This document shows, one piece after another, positions 9,501-19,265 of a stretch of DNA of 64,000 nt. The translations under genes were made by a program, and so were the position numbers. The notes under the pieces were generated by a model. The model did not search any database. It had not been told where the DNA came from and worked only from the letters and a program-made list of their open reading frames with translations. The stretch comes from an uncultured Acidobacteriota bacterium (GTDB lineage: Bacteria; Acidobacteriota; Vicinamibacteria; Fen-336). The DNA lies in assembly GCA_963720545.1 (NCBI GenBank), contig OY970399.1, positions 1,152,001 through 1,216,000 of the forward strand. Reading direction: 5' to 3'. Every line of letters starts with the position of its first letter. The first letter of the stretch is position 1.

Positions 9501-11114
9501 TCAGTCGTCGTTCGAGACGGACTCGGTGGAATTGGGTCGGGAACACGCTGAGTTGCTCGCGCGGCGCATGGTAGCCGGGGGAATGTTGCACGCGGTCTCG
9601 CGGTCCAGGGTCGCCAACGTTCGCGCGTAAAGCGCCTCGACCTCTTCGGGGCTGTTGCCTATCGCCGTCAGTCCTAGCTTCCCAAACTGGGAAACCGCAC
9701 CCATCAGATGGAATAGAACGCCGGTCTCCGAACCTTGATCGTAGTGAAGCCGGTTGACCGTGAGGATGTCGATGAGGTCTTCGGGCAGCACACCCCGGTA
9801 GGCCGGTGAGCAGAGATTGTCTGTAGACCGGTAGTACTTGGTGAGCCCGCGTGGGGTACGAAACAGGCCACTCCCTACGTCGAGTTGTCCCGCGGTGAGG
9901 AAGCGTAGGGCGAGGAACGGGTGGGTGGTTCCTCCCATCCGCAGATTGATTTCGATCGCGTTGATGTCCCAATCGCTTCTTCGTTCCGCCCGCCGAACCA
10001 CGAAGTCGACGCCAAATCGGCTCACGACACCCTTGGAGGCGAGTACGGCTCCGACGCGTGCGCCCGCCTCCTGGATAGCGAGCCTGTAGTCGTCGGCCGC
10101 GGGGAAACGACATCCAAGGTACGTCTGCCCCATCGGTCCACCCAGAATCTGGTCGTGCGTGGCTACGAGGATCACGGCGCCCCTCGGGTTCACGCGGAGT
10201 TGCGCGCTCGGTGAGCGTTTGTCGTGTCCCTCCAGAAACTCCTCCACGATTCCACCCATCCGCTGGAGCTTCGAAAAGTAACTGACGCGGGTTTCGGCCG
10301 GAACCGCGAACGTCAGGTGCCTCATGGCGCGTTCGATCGCGGGGCGGGCGCGCGAACTCGTTGGATACGTGTAAAGAGCATTGCCCTCACCCGAGAAACT
10401 CTCGTCAAGCTTGACGACCGCCCGCCGAATGCCCGGGCGGATCCGCGCCAGCTCAGCCAGGGCGCGAACCGTCTCCGATTCGCTGTGGATATCCTCGATT
10501 CCATCCGGGCAGGCAACCCCCGCCTCTCGAAAGATCCGCCGGCTTCCGGATTTCGTACCGTGCTTCAGGAGCTGTGGATCCACGCCGTTCAGCGGAATGT
10601 CCAGGAGCACCGACAGCTTTCGTTCGAGCGGTGTGGCGTTGAAGACCGAGAGGTACGCACGCGACACGTCCGGAATCCCGACGCGGATCCGCTGGAGAAG
10701 CCTCGGCCGCTCCAGGATCTTCTCGGTCAAGGGGCGAGGCGAAGAGTCATGAGCGCAGAGCAGCGTCAGGCGAGCGCGCGCATGGCTTGCTGGGATTCCC
10801 GCAAGCAGCTGGAAGTAGTACTCGAGAACGAGCGGATGGATCGGTTGTGAGGTGACATACACGACTCGAGCCCGAGGGTTGCGCAAGCGGATCAGCAGGA
10901 AGAGAAGCCGTTCCTCGTAAAACGTCACACCGGCGATCTTCTGGAGTTCCACCTGATCCAGCGTCTGCGACGGGACTACGACCGACGTGTAGTCTTCGTC
11001 GTCACCGGGAAAGATCGCGCTCCACAGGCTCGCCAGCCGCGGCTTGAGCGCTTCGAACGCCGCGATCTCAGCCTCCGGCTCCAGGTCCCAGGGAAAGGGC
11101 GGCTTCGGGATCAT
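9501..11114 (-). CDS. PGM1-related pre-ATP-grasp/ATP-grasp peptide ligase
   Basis: YEERLLFLLIRL, VVKLDESFSGEGNA, SPSAQLR, EINLRMGGTTHPF. Confidence 0.8.
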   Translation of the reverse strand: MIPKPPFPWDLEPEAEIAAFEALKPRLASLWSAIFPGDDEDYTSVVVPSQTLDQVELQKIAGVTFYEERLLFLLIRLRNPRARVVYVTSQPIHPLVLEYYFQLLAGIPASHARARLTLLCAHDSSPRPLTEKILERPRLLQRIRVGIPDVSRAYLSVFNATPLERKLSVLLDIPLNGVDPQLLKHGTKSGSRRIFREAGVACPDGIEDIHSESETVRALAELARIRPGIRRAVVKLDESFSGEGNALYTYPTSSRARPAIERAMRHLTFAVPAETRVSYFSKLQRMGGIVEEFLEGHDKRSPSAQLRVNPRGAVILVATHDQILGGPMGQTYLGCRFPAADDYRLAIQEAGARVGAVLASKGVVSRFGVDFVVRRAERRSDWDINAIEINLRMGGTTHPFLALRFLTAGQLDVGSGLFRTPRGLTKYYRSTDNLCSPAYRGVLPEDLIDILTVNRLHYDQGSETGVLFHLMGAVSQFGKLGLTAIGNSPEEVEALYARTLATLDRETACNIPPATMRRASNSACSRPNSTESVSNDD

Positions 11115-11359
11115 GAGGTTCCTTCAACCAAACCCCGTGCCACTCTGGCGCGCACTCGACGACCGCAGATACTCACGACATCGCGCGGCTTTAGCGCAAT
11201 GTTTGCGGACCGGCTTCGTGCGGCGCGAACTTCTTGCGCAAAGGGTCGGCTCGCTATCCTACCCCTGCCACGTTCCCCTGAGGCGTTACGACGCGCCGCG
11301 GTCGTCGAATCCTAGAGTTGGCACGAAGGTTGTTTGCCAATGGGTTCTAGGAGTGTCCT

Positions 11360-12364
11360 GTGACGATAACCCTCGAGACGCGCTACCTGGGCTTCACGCT
11401 TCCCCATCCATTCATGCCCGGGGCCTCGCCTCTGGTGGATGACCTCGACATGGTGAAGCGGCTGGAGGACGCCGGCGCGGCGGCGATCGTCATGCACTCG
11501 CTGTTCGAGGAGCAGATCGAGCGAGAGGCCGTTCGGGGCTTTCTTCGAAACGGAATGCAGGGCGAATCCGTGGCCGACGCGCTGTCCTACGCTCCCAACC
11601 CTGATCGGTTCGCCCTGAGCCCCGAGGACTACCTCGAGCACATCACGAAGATCAAGAAGATCGTCCGCGTCCCCCTCATCGCCTCGCTCAACGGCACGAC
11701 CCTTGGCGGCTGGCTGAAGTACGCGAAGGAGATCGAACAAGCGGGAGCCGACGCCCTGGAGCTGAACGTGTATACCGTCACGAGCGACCCCGACGTGAGC
11801 AGCCAGGAGGTTGAGGATCGACAGGTCGACATGCTGAGGGCTGTTAAGACCGACGTCCGGATCCCGGTCGCCGTCAAACTCTCACCGTACTATGCTGGAT
11901 TCCCTCATTTCGCGCGAAGACTGGATCAGGCCGGTGCCGACGGCATCGTCCTCTTCAACCGCTTCTATCAGCCCGATATCGATCCCGAACATCTGGATGT
12001 CTCCCACCATCTGACGCTTTCGAGTTCCGTCGAGCTGCCGCTGCGCCTGCGATGGCTGGCCATGCTCTCGGGGCGTGTGCGCGCGTCGTTGGCCGTGACG
12101 GGAGGGGTGCAAGGCGCGCGCGACGCGGTGAAGGCCGTCATGGCGGGGGCCCACGCCGTGCAAATGGTTTCAGCCCTCTTGCGCAGCGGTCCCGAGTACC
12201 TCGTCCGTGTTCGAGAGGAAACCGCTGCCTGGCTCGCCGACCACGGCTACCAGTCCTTGGGTCAGCTCCGCGGAAAGATGGATTTCACGTCTTGTTCAAA
12301 TCCCTCCGCATACGAACGCGCCAACTACATGCTGCTCCTGCAGTCGCGGCGGCCCCGGGCGTAG
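11360..12364 (+). CDS. Dihydroorotate dehydrogenase-like FMN protein
   Basis: SLFEEQI, ALELN, AVKLSPY, LFNRFYQPDID, ERANY. Confidence 0.87.
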   Translation: MTITLETRYLGFTLPHPFMPGASPLVDDLDMVKRLEDAGAAAIVMHSLFEEQIEREAVRGFLRNGMQGESVADALSYAPNPDRFALSPEDYLEHITKIKKIVRVPLIASLNGTTLGGWLKYAKEIEQAGADALELNVYTVTSDPDVSSQEVEDRQVDMLRAVKTDVRIPVAVKLSPYYAGFPHFARRLDQAGADGIVLFNRFYQPDIDPEHLDVSHHLTLSSSVELPLRLRWLAMLSGRVRASLAVTGGVQGARDAVKAVMAGAHAVQMVSALLRSGPEYLVRVREETAAWLADHGYQSLGQLRGKMDFTSCSNPSAYERANYMLLLQSRRPRA

Positions 12365-12375
12365 CAGCGAAGCTA

Positions 12376-12654
12376 TTACGCGCTGGCCGGTAGTCGCGTG
12401 GCCGGCCCGATCCGCACGCGGCCATCGACCACGATCGCACCCTGGCCGGGGGGCGAAGTAGTGCAGGTCCTCCCCGGCCAGGTCCTTGCTGCCCAGAAAG
12501 CGCTGTCGCACCGACTCTGGGCCAGGCGCCCGAAATGTTCGCTGAGCCGCTGCTGGTCATCGGGGCGCATCGCCCTGAGATGAAGCGACGTCCCATCCCG
12601 CAGCAGGGCATCCGCCGCGTAGGCTCGGGCGGCGTCGCGCGTCGATTGCCTCAT
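12376..12654 (-). pseudogene. Internally deleted GNAT / acyl-CoA synthetase (Pat-like) remnant
   Basis: N-terminal ADALLRDGTSLHLRAMRPDD..RL (GNAT start) joined after a frameshift to PPGQGAIVVDGRVRI (ATP-grasp C-terminus). Confidence 0.6.
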
Positions 12655-12819
12655 CGACCCTAGGTCGGTTCGCGCAACCGTTGCGGCACCGCGCGCGCGC
12701 TCGCGCAAACCGTGCGCCGAAGCGGCACGCCGTAACCTGTAACTCGTGTGCGTGCGTCGCCCAACTCGATGCTGGCGTGGCATGAAGATTGTTCCCCACA
12801 GGAGGCAGGAGGAGCAACC

Positions 12820-13257
12820 ATGAGAACCGCGAGTTGGGTTGTGATCGCATTCTTTGCCAGTGTGGCCGGAATTGCGCCGGCGCTGCTGGCCCAGCACCCA
12901 GGATCGGTCACTGCTGTGGGAACCGTTGGCAGCGACACGTCGGGACCCGCGCTCTACAAGTCGTACTGCTCGAGCTGCCATGGCCTGGCCGGGAAGGGAG
13001 ACGGCCCGCTGGCAGAGCATCTGCGGTATCGCCCGGCCGACCTCACGCTCATCGCCAAGCGAAATCGCGGGACGTTCGACACGGACAGGGTCTATCGTAC
13101 GATCGACGGGCGCGACCCCGTGAAAGGCCACGGCGGCACTGACATGCCTGTTTGGGGCGACGCTTTCAAGCGCTCGGGCGACGGCTACGACGAGGAGACC
13201 GTGAAGCGCCGCATCCAATCCCTGGTGGATTTTCTGAGCACCCTGCAAGTCCAGTGA
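12820..13257 (+). CDS. Periplasmic monoheme c-type cytochrome
   Basis: GGAGG RBS, signal peptide, CSSCH, distal MPVWG. Confidence 0.88.
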   Translation: MRTASWVVIAFFASVAGIAPALLAQHPGSVTAVGTVGSDTSGPALYKSYCSSCHGLAGKGDGPLAEHLRYRPADLTLIAKRNRGTFDTDRVYRTIDGRDPVKGHGGTDMPVWGDAFKRSGDGYDEETVKRRIQSLVDFLSTLQVQ

Positions 13258-13270
13258 GGAGGCAGCCAAC

Positions 13271-14234
13271 ATGGCAAGGTTACGGATCGAAAACATTCTT
13301 TGCCCCACCGACTTCTCGATGTTCTCAGCCCGTGCCGTCCGCCATGCTGGCGCTCTGGCGCAGCGGTTTGGTGCGCGGCTCACGGTGCTGCACGTCTGGG
13401 CTCCTTACGCGACGAGTCCGCTCCACGCCCCGGCCACGATCGCGTCGAACTGGGAACTTCGCACCCGGATCGACGATGAAATGCGCGCCTTCGTGGAGTC
13501 TGCCGTCCACGACAGCGCGACCGTGAAGACGGTGGTGCGCGAGGGCGAGCCGTGGCGGGAGATCCAGGCGATGGCGGAGCAGCTGCCGGCGGACCTGCTT
13601 GTCATGGGCACGCACGGCCGGGGAGGGTTCGAGCACCTGCTGCTCGGCTCGGTAACCGAGAAGATCTTGCGCCGCGCCCCCTGCCCGGTTCTTTCCGTCT
13701 GCCACGAAGAGGGCCGGACGTGGGAGGCGCCGGGTTTGATTCGCCGGATCCTGTGCGCGACGGACCTCTCCGCGTCGTCGAATCCCGCGATGAAGTTCGC
13801 CCTCGCGCTGGCGCAAGAGCACAAAGCGACGCTGATTCTCGTCCATGTGGTCGAGGCCCTTGCGCCAGGGGCGACCCGGACACCTGGTAATGCCCGAGAC
13901 CGAAGCGCTGCGCCAGCGGATCGAGTCGCTGGCACGGAATCGGTTGAGTCGGACGACCCTGTTAAATCCGCGGACCGGCTGCAAGATCGTGAGACGAGTA
14001 GTAGGTGGCCGCGCGCATCGCGAAATCCTCCGGCTCGCTGTCGAGGAGTCCGCCGACATGATCGTGATGGGAGCGCGCCCTCACGCCACGCTGGCGCACG
14101 CGGTGTTCGGTTCCACGTCGCAGCATGTCGTCCGGGAAGCGACGTGCCCCGTTCTGACGGTGCGCCCACTTTTTGGGGCCGCAGGAGGGCGGCAACCGAG
14201 ATCTGTAACGAAACGCGTCAGGGCACATGGATAG
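13271..14234 (+). CDS. Tandem universal stress protein (frameshift near 13885)
   Basis: ILCPTDFS and GTHGRGG...GSVTEK; second domain ILCATDLS continues in another frame as ADMIVMG...FGSTSQHVVR. Confidence 0.85.
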
Positions 14235-15937
14235 CTTCGCGTTGAAGCGCGCCGCCAGCGGGGGAACCCGTCTGTCTTCCCCGTACCGAGGTGCGGCACT
14301 GCTGCGCATGCCCCTCTACAACAAGGGCTCGGCCTTCAGCGAGCAGGAACGTGCCGACCTCGGCCTGGAAGGGCTGCTTCCCTCGCACATCGCCACCATG
14401 GACGACCAGCGCCGCCGCGTCCACGCGAACCTCGCACGGAAGAAGGATGCGCTCGAGAAGTACATCGGACTGGCGTCGCTGCAAGACCGAAACGAGTGCC
14501 TGTTCTACCGGGTGCTGTTGGATTACATCGAGGAGCTCTTGCCCATCGTCTACACTCCGACGGTCGGGCTCGCCTGCCAGGAGTACAGCCACATTTTTCG
14601 GCGCGCACGCGGGCTTTGGATCACCCCCGAGCAGCGAGGCAGGATTTACGAGGTGTTGGGTAACGCCCCGTTTGCCGACGTACGCCTGATCGTCGTGACG
14701 GACAACGAGCGAATCCTAGGGCTCGGGGACCAGGGTGCCGGCGGCATGGGCATCCCCATCGGCAAACTGGCTCTCTACACTGCTGCGGCGGGGATCCCAC
14801 CCTGGCAGACTCTGCCGATCAGCCTCGACGTGGGGACGGATAACGAGGAGCTTCTCGCGGACGATCTCTACTTGGGGTGGCGCGACCGTCGGCTGAGATC
14901 GCCCGAGTACGACTCGCTGGTCGACGAGTTCGTTCATGCCGTCAAGCGGCGCTTCCCGCGGGCGCTGCTCCAGTGGGAAGACTTCAAGAAGGGGAATGCG
15001 TTTCGGCTGCTGGACCGGTATCGCGGATTCCTTCCATCGTTCAACGACGACATCGAGGGCACGGCGGCAGTGGCCGTGGCTGGCATGACGGCGGGTGCTC
15101 GGCATACGGGAATACGGCTGACCGACCACAAAACAGTGATCCTCGGCGCCGGTGCCGCCGGGATCGGCATCGCCCGCCTCATTCGCACCACGTTGCGCCA
15201 GGCTGGTCTTCGCGGAGAAAGCGTAACGAATGCGATCGCGTGCATCGACTCGCGCGGCCTCCTCGTGGACGATCGGCCCATCGCCGACGAGCACAAGCGC
15301 GACTTCGCGTGGCCTTCGGCCCTGGCGGAGGCGCGCGGGCTCGGACGAGGGAGCGCCCGCGATCTGCCAGCGGTCGTCACCGCGCTCCGGCCCCCGGTCC
15401 TCATCAACTTCCGGTAAGCCAAGTGCTTTTACCGAGGACGTCGTGCGCGAGATGGCACGTCACGTCGAACGTCCCCTCGTGTTCCCTTTGTCCAATCCAA
15501 CCAGCAAGAGCGAGGCGAACCCGGCCGATGTCATGGCGTGGACGGAAGGCAGGGCTCTCGTAGCCACCGGCAGCCCTTTCGAACCGGTCTGCTGGAAGGG
15601 TCGCACGCTGACCATTGGTCAGGCCAACAACGTCTTCGTGTTCCCGGGACTCGGGCTGGGCGCTTTGGTGTCCCAGGCCCGTGAGATCACCGAGCCGATG
15701 TTCGTCGCGGCGGCTGGCCGGTTGGCCCTTGAAGTGGGTGCGGACGACCTGGCGTCGGGCAGTCTGTTCCCCCCGGTTCGAAACCTTCGCCGCGTCGCGC
15801 GAGGGATTGCGGTGGTCGTGGCGCGCGAAGCTCGTGACTCCGGCGTGGGACGGTCGTTGTCCGACGAAGAGATTGAAGGCGCGCTGGATGAAGCGATGTG
15901 GGAGCCGTCATATGCCATCATCGGCGCGACGTCATGA
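14227..15937 (+). CDS. maeA: NAD-dependent malic enzyme (frameshift near 15408)
   Basis: PIVYTPTVG, ILGLGDQG, FNDDIEGTA, GAGAAG; C-terminal PLSNPTSKSE and QANNVFVFPG in second frame. Confidence 0.88.
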
Positions 15938-15938
15938 A

Positions 15939-16791
15939 ATGACGCTATCGTGGCCCCTGCTGTGGTTCGCTGTCGCGGTGATCATTGCGATGACTGTCCT
16001 TGTTTCCGTCAACAGCATGCGAGTCCGTCGCAGCGTCAACCGCGAGGTCAGGTCGATGTGGGCACACGCGACCGAAGCACTCCCCATCGATCGGACGCGG
16101 CTATCGGCACTTCCAGCACCCGCGCGTGTCTACCTCGAGAAGGCCCTTGGCCATCGCGCGACCGCCATCCGAACGGTCCGCTTTCGCCACGGCGGACGTT
16201 CCGCACGAGCCTCGAGGGTGCCTGGCAACCCATCCGCGGGGAACAGTACGAATCCTCTGATCCACCGGGATTCATCTGGTGGGGCCGACTGCGCAGCGCA
16301 CCCGCCGTGTGGGTGGATGCTCGTGACTGGTCCGTTGCCGGAGCCGGCCGAATGTTCGTTTCGCTCGAATCGACGTTCACGCTGTTCGATCGATCTGGCA
16401 CCGAGATCGACCAGGGAGCGCTCCTCCGCCTCCTTTCGGACATGGTGCTGTTCCCGAGCGCATTCCTCGACGGCCGTTATGTGACCTGGGATGGCATTGA
16501 CGACACGCACGCGCGAGCGACGTTACGCGTCGGCACACAGGCCGTGGAAGGAGTCTTCGAGTTCGGTGCAAACGGCCTGCCGTTGTCCTTTTAGCTGATC
16601 GCTACTACGACACCGGTAAGGGGCGCGCCGAATTGCAGCCGTGGTCGGGCGAGTACCGCGACTACCGCGAAGTTGATGGCATCCTCGTGCCTCACCGCTT
16701 CATCGGGTACTGGCATGTGGTGACAGGGCGGATCCCATACGTCGATTTCCAGCTGGAACCACCACAGTTCGATGCCGCGGCACCGTTCTGA
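15939..16791 (+). CDS. DUF6544-like membrane-anchored protein (frameshifts near 16200 and 16592)
   Basis: N-terminal TM; PPGFIWWG, EIDQGALLRLLSDMVLFPSA, ADRY...PW motifs spread across three frames. Confidence 0.65.
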
Positions 16792-16799
16792 GCTGCCCC

Positions 16800-18021
16800 G
16801 ACGGCGCCGTGGCTACCAGAAGACGACGGCGACAGCGGCAGCCAGCGCGAGCGCCAGCAGACTCGCTCCGGCCTCGAGTGCGAACGCCCCGCGGCCCATG
16901 CCGAGGACCGCCGCCAGCTTGAACAGCGTGTTCGCGAGGGCGCCACGGCCAACGCCTTACCGGCGACATCTGCTGCGGTCGAACTGCCCAGCTGAGCGAC
17001 GAGAATGAGCGCGCTTGAGAGTGAGCGCCGGCCAGGGGCGGAAGCCCCGAGGCGCGCACAGAATGGTCCCCCAGGCGAGGAATGTGTGACCACCTGGAAG
17101 GCCAGCGCCATCTGGATGGCGACCAGCAGGCCGAGGGGGTTGCGTGGCTGGGGTGCGGCCGCAGCCGATTCCTTCGCGCGACGAAACCCAACGGCCGCGA
17201 TGACGAGGCCAACCGCGAGTGGAGCTGCCATGTGAACCGCCATGGTTGTGCCCAATCGCGGATCGAGTGCAGTCGCAAGGAGCCCGACGCGCGCAAACGT
17301 GACCGTGCAGGCGGCTGTGACCCCCACAGCCAAGGCTCCCCCCAGCCCGGGTTCGGCGCGGCTTTCGCGGGCGAAACTCATTGTCACGGCAGTGGACGAC
17401 ACGAGGCCGCCCAGGAGACCCGCAAGACCATAGCCCTGCTGCGGACCGACGGCGCGCAGCGCGAGAAAACCCGCGAAGCTCAGACCGGAGAAAACCAGCA
17501 CCAAACCCCACAGCCGCGCGAACGAAGACCCGGTGCGGCTCAAGGGCTCAGGCAGAAGGGTAGGACCACAGCAGCGAGCATCGCGAATGCCGCGACGGAG
17601 ATGGCGGGGTACGAGGGACTGAAGACGAAGCACGGTTTCTCGAGAGAGACCAGCGCGACAGCAGCGCCGCCGCCTGGCCAGAACCAGGGTCCAGAGCCGG
17701 CCAGAACGCCGGCACCTAGCACGACGATGGCCGAGACCTCGGTGGTGCCGTCCGGGTCGCCGCCGCGAGAGGCGACCAGGTAGGCGGCCACCACCAACGA
17801 GCCGGCCGCCACCAGGAGCACGCCGGCGGCCATGCCCCTTGCCACTGCGACTTGCAGGTCGCATCCGCGTGTCAAGCGAGCAGAAGGAAGGTCCGGACCC
17901 CGGCGAATTTTGGGGCTCGTCGACGGGCGGACGCGGACCACTCGCGCTCGATCCCGACGGCGAGGCCACCGAACGCAGCGACGGCAAGGCGCAGCGCGGA
18001 CGGCTCGAGCGTTGCGCTCAC
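16800..18021 (-). pseudogene. MgtC/SapB-DUF4010 membrane protein, multiply frameshifted
   Basis: GLAVGIERE...FAGVRTF N-terminus; GLLGGLVSSTAVT DUF4010 motif; several frame breaks; 3' end approximate. Confidence 0.75.
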
Positions 18022-18028
18022 GAGGGCC

Positions 18029-18231
18029 TTAAGAACTTTGGTGTGACGAAGGTCGCGAACAGCCTCCCAGCCGAAGATGCCCACTGCCACCGCAAGCAGG
18101 GGCTGCCCGAGAAACATGAACGCGACCAGCGTGTAAGGCGTCTCCCCCACGAGGAGAGGAGACAGATGAGGAGACGGCACCGAGGCGAGAAGGCCACCGC
18201 GTCGTCCAGAGCCGTGCGCCACACGGGTCAT
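18029..18231 (-). CDS. Small membrane protein at the end of the cytochrome operon (probably frameshifted)
   Basis: ATG overlaps the napC-like stop; hydrophobic ETPYTLVAFMFLGQPLLAVAVGIF. Confidence 0.4.
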
Positions 18232-18881
18232 TGACCGGCCGCCGCAGTTCGATGGGCGGGCCCGTGACATCCCAGGCACGGCGTCTCACCCGAAATCAGC
18301 CTGGCCAAGTCCTCCGGCGGATGGCCATCGCTCTTCACGAACTTCTGAGACTCGCCGTGGCAGTGAAGGCAACGGCTGTTGGGATAGGGGTGGGCGATCT
18401 TGAGGGGCAGCGAATAGGAGCCTGTCGTGTAGCGGACGACGTGGCCGAGACCCTCCCTCTTTGCTGTGAGGGTCCCGAACATCCCGTAGTCCGTGTGACA
18501 GGTGTAGCAGTGGTCCTCCTGGATATAGCGATTCTTGAAATGGACCGCGGCCAGAGTATCACTGTCGGGATTCGAGAGATCGGACAGGTAGGGCTGCATC
18601 ACGTGACACGAGCCGCACGCGGCGGGCGTCTTCGACGCATCGATGCCGTGGGAGTAGTCGAAGAAGACGATCGGAAGCGGCAAGATCGCCAGGGCGATGA
18701 ACAGAAGCTCCTTCAATCTCGAGCTCAGCCCGTCGCGGGCCAGCATCTTCCAGGCGACGACCAACAAAACCAGAGCGAGAACAATGAAGCCGATTCCGAG
18801 TCCCCGCGACCAGTCTTCCGTCGTTCCAATCCAGCCGTGAGGGCGGGGAGCTACCGTACTGGCGAGGAGCGCAATTCTCAT
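18228..18881 (-). CDS. NapC/NirT/CymA-like membrane-anchored tetraheme cytochrome c
   Basis: Two N-terminal TM helices; four CxxCH (CGSCHVM, CYTCH, CLHCH, CLGCH); CxxCHxM first heme typical of the family. Confidence 0.82.
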   Translation of the reverse strand: MRIALLASTVAPRPHGWIGTTEDWSRGLGIGFIVLALVLLVVAWKMLARDGLSSRLKELLFIALAILPLPIVFFDYSHGIDASKTPAACGSCHVMQPYLSDLSNPDSDTLAAVHFKNRYIQEDHCYTCHTDYGMFGTLTAKREGLGHVVRYTTGSYSLPLKIAHPYPNSRCLHCHGESQKFVKSDGHPPEDLARLISGETPCLGCHGPAHRTAAAGQ

Positions 18882-18889
18882 GGGGCCAG

Positions 18890-19237
18890 TTACTTGGCCT
18901 TGAGGCTCTCCATGTAGGAGACGATGGCTTCTAGATCCTCGGCCGACAGCTTCGGATATGCCTTCATGGGAGGCTTGCGTGTGGCCTTTGACTTCGCGGT
19001 CATCTCTTGCGGCTTAACGATCGACTCCTTGATTTCATCGCGCGAAAGCTTGGAGCCGACGCCGTCGAGCGATCCTTTGGCGTTCCCCTCTCCCGCGACA
19101 GAATGGCACAGCTTGCACTTCTGCTCGCTGTAGACCTGCTTCCCGTGGTCAATCTTTTGGGCTTCCTGGCCGAAACCCGGCGACACGCCACCTGCCACCA
19201 GCGCCATAGCCACGAAACCCACGGTCAATCGCTGCAT
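18890..19237 (-). CDS. Periplasmic monoheme cytochrome c (MtoD-like position)
   Basis: GGGAGG RBS, signal peptide, CKLCH, Lys-rich, KPPM distal ligand candidate. Confidence 0.85.
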   Translation of the reverse strand: MQRLTVGFVAMALVAGGVSPGFGQEAQKIDHGKQVYSEQKCKLCHSVAGEGNAKGSLDGVGSKLSRDEIKESIVKPQEMTAKSKATRKPPMKAYPKLSAEDLEAIVSYMESLKAK

Positions 19238-19265
19238 GACTCGCCTCCCTTGATTCTGCTGTTGC

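Noticed and set aside
16589..16597. TAG read-through (pyrrolysine) in the DUF6544-like gene
   Set aside because: Homology-like sequence continues in a different frame, so it is an indel rather than recoding
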